Source: the human T2T-CHM13v2.0 reference genome, Homo sapiens. Taken from it: a stretch of 64,000 nucleotides of DNA. The stretch lies in the NCBI RefSeq assembly GCF_009914755.1, contig NC_060925.1, one strand, 5' to 3'. Shown piece by piece: positions 1-12,870 of this stretch (position 1 is its first letter; every line of letters starts with the position of its first letter). The notes below the pieces were generated by a model. The model saw only the letters and a list, made by a program, of their open reading frames with translations, was not told where the DNA came from and made no database searches. A program made the translations under genes and the position numbers.

Positions 1-252
1 CTTGAATCTGGAAAACGGGGCCAACACTTGCTTACCAGGCTGTCTTAAGAATTCTCAGAAGACAGCCCTCTCTATGGCTCAGGTGGTCCCCACTCAGGAA
101 TTGAAACAATTAACTATTGATATTAGCCAATGCCTCCATCTGGAGGCCCAGGGAGAGATGGACTGTGTCAACGTTCCCTAGCATGCCAGTAGCTTCCACC
201 CTGACACCCTGCCCCAGAGCTCCCCCTGCCCCCAATCCCCATGGATGCTCAC

Positions 253-409
253 TCAGGAGTGTTCACCCAGATGATGTCCAAGTGGCAGAAGTAGACGCAC
301 TCCTTGTCGAGCCAGGAGCTGCAGGAGCAACGGCGAAGCCGAAGGTGGGTGCCTTGGGCATGAGATGAGGACGCTGGCTGCTCCAGGGTGGCAGCAGCCT
401 GGCCCTTCC
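253..409 (-). CDS. EDN2: Endothelin-2 precursor, exon 2
   Basis: Polypyrimidine tract + CAG acceptor (412-410); encodes [53 protein letters not shown]; donor GTGAG at 252-248. Later exons lie left of the window. Confidence 0.98.
267..329 (-). other. EDN2: Mature ET-2 peptide coding segment (21 aa)
   Basis: [21 protein letters not shown], preceded by a furin-type RLRR site and followed by the W-V endothelin-converting-enzyme bond; Trp6-Leu7 distinguishes ET-2 from ET-1. Confidence 0.98.
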
Positions 410-743
410 CTGCATGCACAGGAGGGAGAGAGAGGTGGAGAGGTGGGTTGGGGTGCCTGGCACATCCCAGAGTGGGGGACCCACCATGCCCCTCCTCTTG
501 CATAATTGAGGGAGTTGGCACTCTTGCTGCTCAAGAGCTCCAGGCCAGCCCAGGGAAGTCCCAGCAGCCCGTGGGGAGCCTGGGCACCTCTGTATTTGCA
601 GAACCTTTCCCCTGCCACCACTGCCGCCAGGCTCCCGCCCCTGTCTGCCCCCAGCTGGCTTGGGAGGCACTGCAGCCCTAGAGGGAGACAGAGATAGGCA
701 GACCCAGGAGCTGTAGGCAGCAGGTGAGGCCAGGGCAGCTCAC

Positions 744-807
744 CTTCATGCAGGGCCACGAGCAGGGCTAGCGCAACGGAGCACCAGGTGGTAGGCACGG
801 AGACCAT
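744..807 (-). CDS. EDN2: Endothelin-2 precursor, coding part of exon 1 (signal peptide)
   Basis: ATG at 807-805 encodes MVSVPTTWCSVALALLVALHE-G; donor G|GTGAGC after 744; 64 nt (phase 1) joins in frame to exon 2. Confidence 0.98.
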
Positions 808-879
808 AGCGGCGGTGGAGCGCGCAGGCTGGACTGGAGCAGGGAGCGCCTGTTGCCAGCGTCCTGCTATTAAGCTGAG

Positions 880-1060
880 CAGATAGCTCATTGCCTCGGT
901 GCCCTGGCTGCCTCTTATACCAGGCACGGTGCCCCACCCCTTCTGGTCCAGCCCTGCCCCGCTGCACCGGCGGGCTGGGAGCCAGGGACACCGCCTCCTC
1001 CCCGGGCGCCTGGCCCGACCCAGCCTCTGCAGTGAAGGGGGGAGGGATATGGAAGGCCCA
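880..1060 (-). promoter_or_regulatory. EDN2: EDN2 core promoter with TATA box
   Basis: Minus-strand TATAAGAG at 919-912, implying a TSS near 888-890; GC-rich sequence immediately upstream. Confidence 0.8.
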
Positions 1061-4000
1061 TTCCTCCCTCTGTGCCTGGAGCACCTCTGGGAGTCCTGAG
1101 GCTCCCTGGCAGTCCCCAGGGGCCCCTCGCAGTCCAGCTGGACTTCCTCAAGTCACCCCCAGCTGCCCCGAGCCCCCTCCCTCACTCTGTTGGCGGCTGC
1201 TCCACAGGTCTCGCCCAGGGCTGTGAGTGTGGAGGAGGAGGTTCCATGAGCAAAACCCCTCTCCTCGGAGAAGACTCTGCCATCTATCCTGCCTGCCCTC
1301 TGCCAACCAGGCTGAGGATGCCCCTCTGTTGTGTGGGATGTGAAAGGCCCACGCAAGGCTGTGTGGCCTTGGGCGAGTCAGAGCCCTCTCTGGGCCTGCC
1401 TCCCTCTGTGAAGGACACAGCTCATGCCTGACTTCTGACCAGCCTGGAACTGCTTCATCCCCACCTCACCCAGGAAATGCCCCCCTCAACCCCTGCCCTG
1501 TCACCCCAGGGCCTGGGGCAGGAGTTCTAGTCCCTTCCAGAAGCTGTTCAGCTATGCAGCCATGGCCAAGGGCATCCTTCCTGGGCCTGTTTCCTTGTTT
1601 GCAAACAAGGCCAAAACAAGAAGGTACTTCACCTGCTTGGCTTACAGGCTCCTTTGAGACTAAGAAGGTGGCTTCAGACCCCTTTCCAGAAAGATGTCCC
1701 TGAGGACACACACACAAAGCGCCCCTTGAACAGTCTCCTGTCCTGGCCATGACAGGATGTCTTGGCTTCCACCGGGGGCTACTGTCTGCAAAAGAAGTAA
1801 GCCAGGGGACTTCTCTGGGGACTGGCATTCTGCTCCTGCCCCTCTGCTGGCCCAGAAGCCTTGCCGGGGAGGGGAAAGCAGGGATGAACCACAGCTGTGC
1901 TGAGCAGCTCAGGGAACTGGCAGGCACCCTCTGTTCCTGCCCTGGCTGAGAGTCCACTTCCTGCTGGAGTCTTCTCAGGGACCCTGTCTCCAGGCACAAC
2001 AGGAAAGGCCCTCTCGTTTCTTGGAATTCCCAGGGCCTGTGCCTCTCGTGCCTGCCTGACTCATCCCATTGCACTTATCTCCCCTGCAATCTCAAGGTCC
2101 AGAGCCCCAGAGGAGGCAGGGCCTGACACCTACCCTGCACACAGTAGGGGCCTTGCGAGTGCTTCCTGAGGGCAGGGGGGTCAAGAGATGCACACCTGGC
2201 TTTCCACTTACAGAACCCAGGATGCCCAATGCTCAGTTCCTGTATTCAGCAGCTCCTTTGTCCTTGGACATTTATGAAGGGGACAGTAGGTGACCACCAG
2301 GAACAGGCAAGTTTGCATCTTCCTAGGGTGTGCCCAGAGCAAGCGTGCATGTGTGAAATCCTGGAGAAACTGGCAGAACTGATGGAGGGTGACAGCAGGA
2401 TCTTCCTTCCTGGAGACTGAGCTGGCTCCTGTGAAAAAAACAAACAAATGTTTCCTGAGCACCTACTACGTGCTTGGAGCACTATCGACTCTTCCTCACC
2501 ACAACCCCAGGAGGCAGCTATTATCACAGGGGAGTCAGCTCAGGACTGCCCACGAGGCTCAGAGAGGAGCAGGGCCTGGTCAAGGCCACCCAGCGGGCAG
2601 GTGGCTTGGTCTATCAAGCAAAGCACAAGGGACTCCCCGTGAGGTGCTCTCTGCCCTCCCACGTCGTGCCTCTCGAAGAATTTAGAAGAGTATTTCTGGA
2701 ATGAGGTGAGCAATACTCACAGTCATTTCTATCAGCCTCTGCAAGAATATGAATACGGAATTAAGCAGGGCTGGGGGCTGCTTGGGGGTGGATAGAGAAT
2801 TCAAATCGCTGGACCGTGAAGAGAAGAAAGAAGGAAAAGCAGGTCAGCGGGGAGACGGAGGGGGTCATGGTGGGGAGGAAAACAAACAGGGAGGCAGATA
2901 AAGACAGGCAGGGAGAGAGGGGGAGAATGAGGAAGCAGTGCGTAGCCAGAAAGAAAGAACTCAGATTTGAGAAAGTAAAAGAGGGAAACCATAGGGAGAA
3001 GAGGGAAGGTTATAAAGCGTCTAATCTTTACACAAATGCAAAACGCCTGCTCAAGACAATAGGGAACCAGAGGCTCCGAGCCGGGGAAACATAATAGAAG
3101 CATTAAATGAACCCAGAGACAGGATCCCTCCCGGGTGTGAAAGAAGGGTGACTACAAGGCAGGGGCTGCTGCCCGAGCCCCGCAGGGTCAGCACAGCCAG
3201 CTGCGAGCTGGGCCGGGCTCCGGTTTCTCTCCTTCTCTGCCCTCTGCCTGAGCTGAACAAGCAGGGCTCCTGTGAAATGGAGAGGACTGGCCCAGGAACC
3301 TAAGCGAGCACAGATCTTAGGGGATGAAGCCATTCCCGGAACAGCGCTGCTCCACTGACAAGAGTTAGTTTCCAGGTAGGGAAAATTAAGCTGAGTTAAA
3401 AATAGCCCCATCTCCCTGGGTCGCTTAGCCTGGGCCTCTGTCTGTTGCCTCTGCCCCTCGTGGCTGGTCGGACTGCATGACCCTGCCACCTATAACTGTC
3501 CTGGCCTCACTGTCCCTGTCCTTTCTAGGTGGCCTGGCTTCACGACCCCCTGGCCCCACTTCTCTGGCCCTGGCACCTGCCCGAGTTTGTTGAGGCTGCA
3601 GGGGGAAGGGCAGGGAGCCACCGAAGGTCACCCTCTCAGAATTTGAAGAGAATTGCTTTACTCGCTAAGCGATTTGTTTCCCTTATGCTTGCAGCAGCCC
3701 AATCCAAGAAAGAGGGATGTGTGGGGAGGGAGGGCTGGCAGAAGAGAGCAGTTGAGTGTATTTCTGAGTCAGACACTGGGCTAGAAACTTCCCCCTAGAA
3801 ATCCCCGTCTCCACTCCCATTTGGTAGATGAGATAACTGAGGTGCAAGAGGAGGAGCAACTGGCTCAAGACACTGATGGGGCTGGGTGTGTTCTCTTGGT
3901 TCCTAACCTGCCTCACCCTTTCCTGTACACCCGTGAAGCTCTCCCAGGGGTCCAAACTGAGCCCAGGATCCTGGGTCCCTTGGAGAAAGGCCATCAGGAA

Positions 4001-5314
4001 GGACCCCACTGGCAGGAAGGCTGGGGCATTGGGATGAGGTTAGGCTGTCTCTCTGTGCACCCCAAAGCTCCCTCTATAGTCCCAGCTCTAAGAGCAAATA
4101 TGGTCCCGTCAAGCAGCTGTCCAGCAGCTGTGGACACTGAGCTGAATGGAGGTTGCATGGGAGTGAAGACTAAGTCTCCTAGTGATGCCTGACACAACAG
4201 GGCTGGGCTGCAGCAGGTGCCTGGGATTGCAATCGAGGCCCTGGACCAGGAAGCTTTGTCCCAGCTCTGCTTTTCATGATATGTGGCCTAGGGCTCCTCT
4301 CCCTGGCCTCAGGTGTCCCGCCTTCCCATTGATGGCGAGAGATGCTTTCACCTCTGACTGCCTGTGACATTCAGGATCAAGCTGACCTGAGTTTAGAGCT
4401 CCCCAGAAGGAGGCCCAGGAGACTCCAGCAGCATGGCTCTTGCAGCTTGAGCCCTTCTGCTCCTTCACCTGTGCAAAACCAGTCATTTCCCCATCGACAC
4501 CTGGCCCCACCGGGTTTTGGGAAGTTCTGTTTGCAGCCCCAGTAGAAGGGACACAGTGTCTTTGCTGCAGGCACACACTGTGCAGACGGCCTAGCAGAGC
4601 GAGCAGCTGGGAAGAGGGGCTGGCCGGGGGAGATGACAGGAGCTTGCAGGGGCTGGGGGTTGGGGAGGGTTTGGCCCTGGAGCCGCCTGGGCTGGGGCTT
4701 AGGGACTCAGGAGACTCAAACATTCCCATCACCACTTGTCCCAAATGCTGTGGGTCGGGCTGCCCCCACTCAGGCCTGGGGCCACTCAGCCTCAGGGCCT
4801 CTTTCTGGTGGGTGGTCTGGGCTTCCTGCCATCAGCCATAGCTCACCCTGAGCCAGTAGGACCAGCCACTACCCACACCACTGTCCTCAAACTGGGTCTT
4901 TGCAAGGGCAGCCTCAGCCTGCGGGGCCGGCTCCCCTGGTCTCCATGGCTTCCCTTGGAGGACACCCTTGGTCCTCTTCCCTCTGTCTCAGCCCATTTGG
5001 AAAGATTTATATCTCCCACATAAACTGTACTTTCAAAAGAATAATTCATGTGCTCTCTTTGTTATCAGTCTAAGGGTAATCAGAGCAGGGTCAGCCAGGC
5101 CTATGAAACTGCTGGAATTTCAGCCAAAAGCAGACATGGTTCAGTCAAGACACTCTTGTTAAGAGGCCATGTAAGTCCTCCTGGACTTTTTGAAATGAGG
5201 AAACTAACTCAGGACTCAGCATCTAGGATGGAAATCTCTGGACTCCAAGGCTTTGAGTTACCTCTAATGGGCTAAGGGCCAGATTCCCCACTTAGCCTTT
5301 TAGGAATAGAGGAT

Positions 5315-5540
5315 AAATAAGCATTTATTGAGCATTGAATATATTCTGAGCCCTGTGCTAAGTGATTTAGGTATATTAGCTTCGTGAACTGTCACAACAT
5401 ACCTGTGGGGTAGTTACTATAATGAGTCCCTGTTTTATAAATGAAGAAATGAGGCTCAGAGAGGGTGACTTGCCCCATGTCAGACAGCTAGCAAGTGGCA
5501 GAGCCAAGGTTAGAAAGCAAGTCAGTGTAGCTCCAAAGCC
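5315..5540 (-). mobile_element. MIR SINE
   Basis: CATTTATTGAGC...GAAATGAGGCTCAGAGAGGGTGACTTGCCC...AGCTAGCAAGTGGCAGAGCC matches the reverse complement of the MIR consensus; ends approximate. Confidence 0.75.
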
Positions 5541-5734
5541 CGGCCCTGAGCCTACGTGTCCCCAGTGTGCTTTCCTGACACCCAGCCCTTGGGGAGCCCT
5601 CCCGCCTCACAGCAACTCTTCTCCAGGGCACACTTCCCTGCTCTCAGCAGGCAGAGAGCCCTAGGCAAGAACTTTTCCCCTTATGCTTGTCTGCTATGGG
5701 ACCAACAATCTATACCATGCCTATCCAATGATCC

Positions 5735-6025
5735 TCCCATCTATTCACCTACCTACCCATCTATCCATCAATCCACCCATCCACCCGTCCATCCACCTTT
5801 CCTCCCAACCACCTTCTTTCTATCCATTGATCCATCCATCCATCCATTCATCCATCCATCCGTCTACCCACCCATCCATCCACCTTTCCTCCCATCCACC
5901 TTCTTTCTATCCATTGATCCATCGAGCCATCCATCCATCCATCCATCCATCCATCCGTCTACCCATCCATCCATCCATCCACCTTTCCTCCAACCCACCT
6001 TCTTTCTATCCATCGATCCATCCAT

Positions 6026-6058
<33 letters not shown>

Positions 6059-6290
6059 TACCCACCCATCCATCCACCTTTCCTCCCATCCACCTTCTTT
6101 CTATCCATTGATCCATCAATCCATCCATCCATCCATTCATCCATCCATCTGTCCACCTACCCACCCATCCATCCACCTTTCCTCCCATCTGCCTTCTTTC
6201 TCTCCATTGATCCATTCATCATCAAACCTTTTATTCATCCTTCCGTTCACACATCTACTCAACCGGCCTCCCATGCACCCATCCTCCTTC
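5735..6290. repeat. Composite (TCCA)n repeat with ~90-100-bp higher-order unit
   Basis: TCCA runs alternating with five copies of CCACCTTTCCTCCCATCCACCTTCTTTCTATCCATTGATCC. Confidence 0.9.
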
Positions 6291-7747
6291 ATGAGAAACA
6301 AGATTGGACAGATTAGGAGGGTCGAAGCTTGAAGAGCTTTGAATGGTATATTACGCTGTCCTGGAAACATTATTTGGTTGCTTCCTAGAGCTGGGTGTGT
6401 CTCCCCATTGATATGATGAGCTAACTGAAACATGGTCTTCTCTGGAATTCCCGCCTCAGAGCCTAGCATGGGCCTGGACCCATGATCTGTGCCAAACACT
6501 GGGGTGAAATGAAATGCAACTAGATGGCTTCATCTCACCAGACAAAGCTTTGCATAGACACCCCTTCTAAGGAGGTCTAGGCCCCTTTTCCCATCTGATG
6601 CCGTTCTTCAAAATGCTCTAATGATGAAGACTTGAGATCATATTTAAGGAAAAAGTCAGAGATGAAAGGGCCCTTGGTCTACACCCAGATGATGAAGCTG
6701 GGGTCTAGGGAGGATGCTGCCAGAGGTCTCCCTGCCAGGCCTGGGTCCTGGAGACCCAGGATGTCTGCATGCTTTTCTCTCTGAGGCCTAGGCCCCTGTG
6801 CTCAGAGGGGCTGGAACCCCAACCTTCTCCTCTATCCCACCATCACCACCAGCCAAGACACGTAGCTGGTATTTTTTCAGAGTCACACCCACTGTGTTGC
6901 TTAGAACCGATGTTTTCCAAGGCGCACCCAGGGCCCCACCAGGAGACCGCCTTTCCCCTCTGGGAAAGGGTGAGCCACCAGGAGGCTGGGCCATGCAGGA
7001 GTACGGTACTTCATGCTAGAATGAAATGTCAGCTAAAAATAAGTGCTTGGTGCCTCTATCATCAGGATAACTTGGTGCCCAGGAGGCAGGCAAAGCCAGG
7101 GTTCCCACTGTGATTTTAGGCCAGCATTCCTAAGCAGAGGTGTGCCTGGGGCACCTCCTTGCCTGAAGGCCTTGGCCTTCCTGCGCAGCTACTGGGAATC
7201 CTGAGCCATGAATGACCTAGATGGGCACAGCTGGGCCCTGGTGGACAGAAAGGTGGTCAGGAGCTGAAGCCACTGTCCACAGGGAGCTCAGGGTGTGGGG
7301 GTGAGTCAGAGGCCAGCCCACCCTTGGCACCTCTGAGGGTTGGCAGATCCAGGTTCCAGCTTCAAAGCTCTGTGACTCAGGCTTGAATCCCTCCTCACCC
7401 ACTGTCCCATTATGGACAAGTGCCTAAGACTGTGCCAGGCCAGGGGGTAGTCTGGGCTGGGGTTTTCCAGTCTGGGGGCTGGTTCTGTGGGTCACTAACC
7501 ATGTAACTAAGGGCACACCATGGTTTAGTCTTCCTGAGTGTCAGAGGCCACATTTGTCAAGAGCATCGAAGAAGAAAAATCCCACCTGACAGCTGCTGGG
7601 AGTGCTTCATGGTGGAGCCAGTGTGAGAGCTGGCCTCTGCCTGGCTCAGGAAGGCACTGCCCACCCACTTCTGCTTCCCTTCCCCACTCACCTTGGGATG
7701 CAGGGTGCTGTGGGCCTTGTAGTGTGGACAAAGTCCTGGAAAGAAGT

Positions 7748-7748
<1 letters not shown>

Positions 7749-7794
<46 letters not shown>
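7749..7794. repeat. (GT)23 microsatellite
   Basis: Uninterrupted GT run. Confidence 0.97.
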
Positions 7795-7796
<2 letters not shown>

Positions 7797-8839
7797 GGTG
7801 TTATTAGAATGTGCCATCTTCATGCCAGGGGCCAGATCCCCACGACAGGTCCCTCCTCTGCTCTGGGTCACCAAATCCCTCCAAGGCAAGTGGCCACCCT
7901 GGCTTCCGCTGCCCACTCATGTTTGCTTTGGCACACCATTCAGCGCCACACCAGACGAGAAGTGTGCGGAGATTTGGGAGGCTTCTAGGCAAAGCTGCCT
8001 TCCTGCAAGAACCAGGCTTCAGCTTGAAATCTGTGGTCTGATCCCAGCTTGGCACCAGGGTGAAATGTCTCACCAACTCGAAATGCCCACCCTGGCATTG
8101 GACCTGCCTGGGTTCTGACCCTCAGCTGTCTTTCCTGCCTCATCCCACTAAGGCTGATCTGGGTGTCCAAGACTTTAGTCCACCAGACCCCAGGGTGGGC
8201 CACACTCTGAATGCATTGCGGACTTCCTCACCTTATGCCTCTGGGCAAGCTGGGGCCTCCCATCCTCTTTCCATTCCTACTTACTTGGTTTACTCTGACC
8301 ATTCTTCCAGGCCCATCTCAAATGTTACCTCTCCCAGGAAGCATTCCTAACTCTGTCCAAGCATCTTCAGTGGACAGATGAGCTCTGAGACTCCTAGAGG
8401 GCCTTCTTGAGACTGGGAAGTGAGGGTGTCCTGGCTCCAGGCAGGCAGCTCCCAGGCTGGGAAGAGGGGGACATGGAGTTGCAGGCTTGGGCTTGGCTTC
8501 TGGCTGGGTGGCTGCTGGCAAGCCCCTTCTCCTGTCTGAGCATCAGCTCTGTCCTCCATGAAGTGACGTGGCCCTGGTGGTGACTTGGGGACTAAAGCGT
8601 GAAGTCAGCAGCAGCCCAGACAGACTTCTTAGAGCCTTTGCACCCACCTGGGTAAGTTTAGTGCTCGGCCTGCAGAGGGCGCTCCAGAGGGACAGAACCC
8701 CAGAAGCCCTTCCCTGATGCGACTCCATCAGCAACAGGAGAGGCCGGCCATCTACTCGCCACCTCCCCATCGTGCACTGAAACCAACCTGGCCTACTGTG
8801 TGCTATCATAAGAATCTATGTGAATCATAAGAATTCATC

Positions 8840-9065
8840 ATAGCTACTGTTTACTGAACTTTCCAGTGTGCCAACACTTACAAAACCCACTATATAATAC
8901 ATATCATCACAATTAATCATCCCAGTGGGAAGGCACTTAGTATTATTCCCATTTTATAGATGAGGAGCCTGAGGAAGTGAGGAGACTCAGGAGGTGAAGT
9001 GGCTTGCTCAAGGTCATTTGAGTCTAGATCTCCCTGCTACATGGCCTGCATTCTTATCCACTATC
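8840..9065 (-). mobile_element. MIR SINE
   Basis: TATTATTCCCATTTTATAGATGAGGAG...TTGCTCAAGGTCA core; ends approximate. Confidence 0.65.
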
Positions 9066-12000
9066 CCAGCACATATGATCCCAGGTAGAATTTTCATAGG
9101 ATGCAGCTTATTATTACCTTTAGTTTTCAGATGGGTAAACTGAGGTATCTTGTCCATCTAGCAAGAAAGGAGCTGGGATCTGAACCTAGGTCAGCCTGAG
9201 TTCTTGGCCTCAGCACGAAACCTCAATTTGGATTTTCTTGTCAGAACCAAAGAGTCCCCCAGAACAGGTCCTGGGGATCGACCTCAGGGCCTGAGTCTAG
9301 GGGCAGCAGGAGAAGTTCCTCCATCCCTCAGCCTGGTCCCAGCCTCTAGGAGCACGATCTCTGGGAGCTTGCCAGGAGGAGCCGGCCGTTAACGCAGTGT
9401 GCTGGGTGGTGAGGTGAGCAATGACTCAGGGTGGGAGGCCCTGAGCGGGGAAGGCACACAGTGGAGACAGTACTTGCCTGGTCACACCAATCCTGGGGTC
9501 CCCTAGGAGGAGGAGGTTTGGGTGAGGCAGGGCTGAGTCATGGCAGTGAGGTCAGACAGGGAGCTGGGGTGGCCCAATGATCTCACACCTTCATCTGGGC
9601 CTGTCAAGGGGCTGTGGGCCCAGGTGGGCCTGGTGGGCCCAACCTGGCAGAACAGGCACACCCCCTCCTTGGTTGTCCATAGCCAGGGGGTATCTGTGAG
9701 ACCAGAGGGTCTCCCTTTAGGCTTTCTAAGGCCTCTGTTGCTGGAGCCCCTAAACCCTGCCAGATTGGGGAGGCAGCTGGTATAGGAGGCAGAGTGGGGA
9801 AAAAGGGACAGAATCTCACTCTGCCCCTTAGGATGTGTGCCCTGGGCAGCAATCACAGCTCCTTGAGCTTTGGCTTCCACTCTGTCCCATGGGTTCATGT
9901 GAGCATCTCAGAAGCTGATGGTCTTGTCCAAGCCCTGGCACATAGCTGAAGCTTGGGAGAGGCAGGTGGAAGAGGGGATGGCCATCACCAGCCAGGAGCC
10001 CACCAGAGAATGGGGGGCTGTAGCAGACTGACCTCGACCACCCTGGCCCAGTGCCACACCCCAGTGTCCTGGCCACTGCCTGTGTGGCCTTGGGTGAGAG
10101 CCTTCCAATCACCGGGCCTCAGTTTCCCAATGTATCAAATAAAAATAATAGCCTCAGACTCTCAATAGGAGATAGGGGATGATGTCGCAGGGTTCCTGAG
10201 AGTTCCCACCAACCCTGTGTACCAGATATGGTGGGGGTGGGGCGGGGGCGAAGAGAGCCAGAGCCAGAGCCATTCCTCTGGGGCCCAGATGCAGTGGGTG
10301 AGCCCCGGCCATGCCACTTGGAAGTTAAGCCTGGGAGCCTTGGGAGTCAACCGCTTGCCCCCCACCCGGCACTCCCCAAGGCTGATCCAGAGAGGCTGAG
10401 GGTGTCCAAGGTCACACAACAGCCAGCTGATGTCCACCACCTAAGGGGAGGGGGCCTTTATCTCCCCAGATAAGAGGGCCTGAGTGGGCTGGGAAGGCCT
10501 CGTGGCCTCAGATATGGGTGGAACCTGGGGGTGGGGAGTGGAGGGACAGAGCCTGGCTGACCCATAACCATAAGGCAACCGCTTCTCCTGGTACCTCCTC
10601 AGCCTGAGTCAGCGAGGGGCTGTGGATGCTTCTGAGTTCATTGCCTGCCACCCAGCCTTGGAACCCAGGCCTCAGGCACAAGGGAGGTCTGTAATAATGA
10701 CCCGGTGAGAATGACAGCTGTGTGGGGAGCTGTGCCCACGTGCCAAGCACTCTTCTTGCCTTCATTCATCTGGTCCTCCAAACAGCCCTAGGAAGAGGGC
10801 AGGGCCTGGGAGTGAGCTTCAGAGAGGCTGCATAAGCCGCCCAAGGTCACACAGCCAGGGGTAAAGAAGAAGGGTCTTCAGCTCCACGGCTATGCTTTCT
10901 GCCATCATGCAGCAAACATGCCAAGCCCACTCTGTGTCAGGCCCAGGGCTGGGGCTGTGGATCTCTGGCCCAGCTGGGATTTGGGGAAAGGTACCCCAAA
11001 GGCATCACTATTTGCCTGGGAGAGGGAGCTGGGAGTGTGTAGGGCCTTTCCGTGCTTGGCTCTTTGTTGGCCAAAAGGGAGGGACAAATATGGACCTGCA
11101 GAACCCCGGAGGAATGAGGGATGCCTCTGCCTGGAGACTCGGGAGGGCATTCTAGCCAAAGAGACTTTGAGCGAGGCTGTGGAGGTGGAGCGCGCATTCC
11201 TGGTAGAGGGATGGCCCAGGCAAAGGCCGGTAGGCCTGAAAGGGCATGAAGTACCCCAGGATAGGGAGTGAACAGCCTGAGGGATTCCGTGGTAAGAGAG
11301 GAGGTTGAGGCCAGACCACAAGGATCTTGAATACCAAGCGGAGGACCTGACCTTTTCCTGAGTTCAAAGTGGAGTCAGAGGAAAAGGTGAGGGTGGGGGC
11401 AGTGGCCTTGCATCTGTTCTGTTGAGGCCTAGGCCAGGTGGTCTCCAGCCAGTGGGCGTGGGGTGGGTTCCTTTGGACTCTCAGAAGGGCCCCAGGTGGG
11501 TGACGCCACAGCCCAGTCTGTCTTGGCATCTGAGAACAAGGCCATCTGCTGGCTGCCTCATTCCTGCAAACTCAGGGTCAGAGGACCTCTGATGAGCCCA
11601 GCACCCCACAGCTCCAAAGAACTCCACGGTCTCTGAAACCAGGCTGCAAGGGCGAAAGGGGAAAGGCTGGCAGAGACATCCTGGGCAGGGCCCCTCCCAC
11701 TACCTCATTTTCCAGCTCTGACAAGTGCTTACCCTGTGGGGGACAGGCAGCTCACAGCTCGGAAGTCGCCTGGCTGCCCTAAGGAGGCCCATCCCAGTAT
11801 GGCCCTGCCCGGCGGGGCTTAGCTCGCCCTTCTCTATACTTTGGTGTTGCCCGTATCACCGGAGGGTGCTGGGGACGCAGGTTTGTTAAACCCTTTCCCT
11901 CTTCCTTCCACCAGACAGTAATACTTGGATCCTCACTTGTGATTTTCCCAACAACCCCTGGGGGGCCCCCTTCTGCCGGCACCTACTTGATGGGTAAGAG

Positions 12001-12109
12001 AATGGAGGCTTAGAAAGGGACGCATCCCGGAGCCCCACGGACCAGTCTCAACCACCAAAGGGCAGGGAGCCTGGAACCCTGCGGGCCACAGGCTGCGCAG
12101 CTCACTTGA

Positions 12110-12340
12110 GGGGACACATGTAGATTCTGAAACCTTACAGCCCGGGTTCAAATCCTTGCTCTGCAGCTCACTAGCACCTCACCTCAAGCAAGTCAGTGTC
12201 CATGTCTCATTCCCTGCCTGGAACCTCCTTGTGCCTCAGTTTCCACATCTAAAATGGTGATGCTAATAGCACCTTCCTCGGGGTAGGTGTGCGACTTAGG
12301 TGAGATAACTCATACCAAGTCCTTACAGCCGTGCCTGGCA
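12110..12340 (+). mobile_element. MIR SINE
   Basis: GGGTTCAAATCC...GTGCCTCAGTTTCCACATCTAAAATGGTGATG...GTGCCTGGCA; ends approximate. Confidence 0.65.
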
Positions 12341-12384
12341 AATGCCCCCTCGGCAGATGGAGAAAATGAGGCTGAAAGAGAAGA

Positions 12385-12870
12385 GGGGCCCCCCGGCAGG
12401 GATTCGCCCCCCGCCACGGGCCCCACGGCCGGGCGGTTCCTGCAGCTGCCTCTCCCTCTCCGACGTGTTTGGGAAATCCTCGGGCTGGGGGCCCGAGCGC
12501 GAGCAGCCGCGGCGGACCTGCAGGCGGCGGCGCTCGGCCCGCCCTCGCCTCCCGACCAATTTTGGGCAAAGCAGGGGCGGCGGCGCGCTACGTGCCGGCC
12601 ATGAGTCAGCGCGCAGGAATGCGCAGGACGCTTTGTTCCCTGCGCGGCGGACGAACGTGCTGGGACCGGGGCGCGGCGGGGCCTGACACGACCGCAGGGG
12701 CAGTACGGCCACGTGCGCCCCCAACCCCACCTCCGAACCGCAGGGCCACCCGCGCCTCGCCTTCCCCTGGGGCCCGGACCCCTGCGGGGGCCCTGAAAGC
12801 CCAGCCCGGACTCCAGCAGTCCCCGGGGAGCTCCGGCACCCTCCCTAAGCCTCGGGCCGGGGGGGTCTGG
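12385..12870. promoter_or_regulatory. Intergenic CpG-island-like element, candidate EDN2 enhancer
   Basis: Dense CpGs; CArG CCAATTTTGG 12556-65, GC box 12574-80, TACGTG 12589-94, AP-1 TGAGTCA 12602-08, GGAATG 12616-21, further ACGTG at 12463, 12655, 12711. Confidence 0.7.

Noticed and set aside
253-927. 224-aa ORF spanning EDN2 exon 1, intron 1 and exon 2
   Set aside because: Reads through the intron and enters exon 2 out of frame; the spliced structure explains the real protein.
5735-6290. Repeat-spacer pattern superficially like a CRISPR array
   Set aside because: Spacers are TCCA microsatellite, not unique sequence; eukaryotic context, no cas genes.
5556-6332. 258-aa and overlapping HPSI/MDGW ORFs
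   Set aside because: Translation of TCCA repeats.
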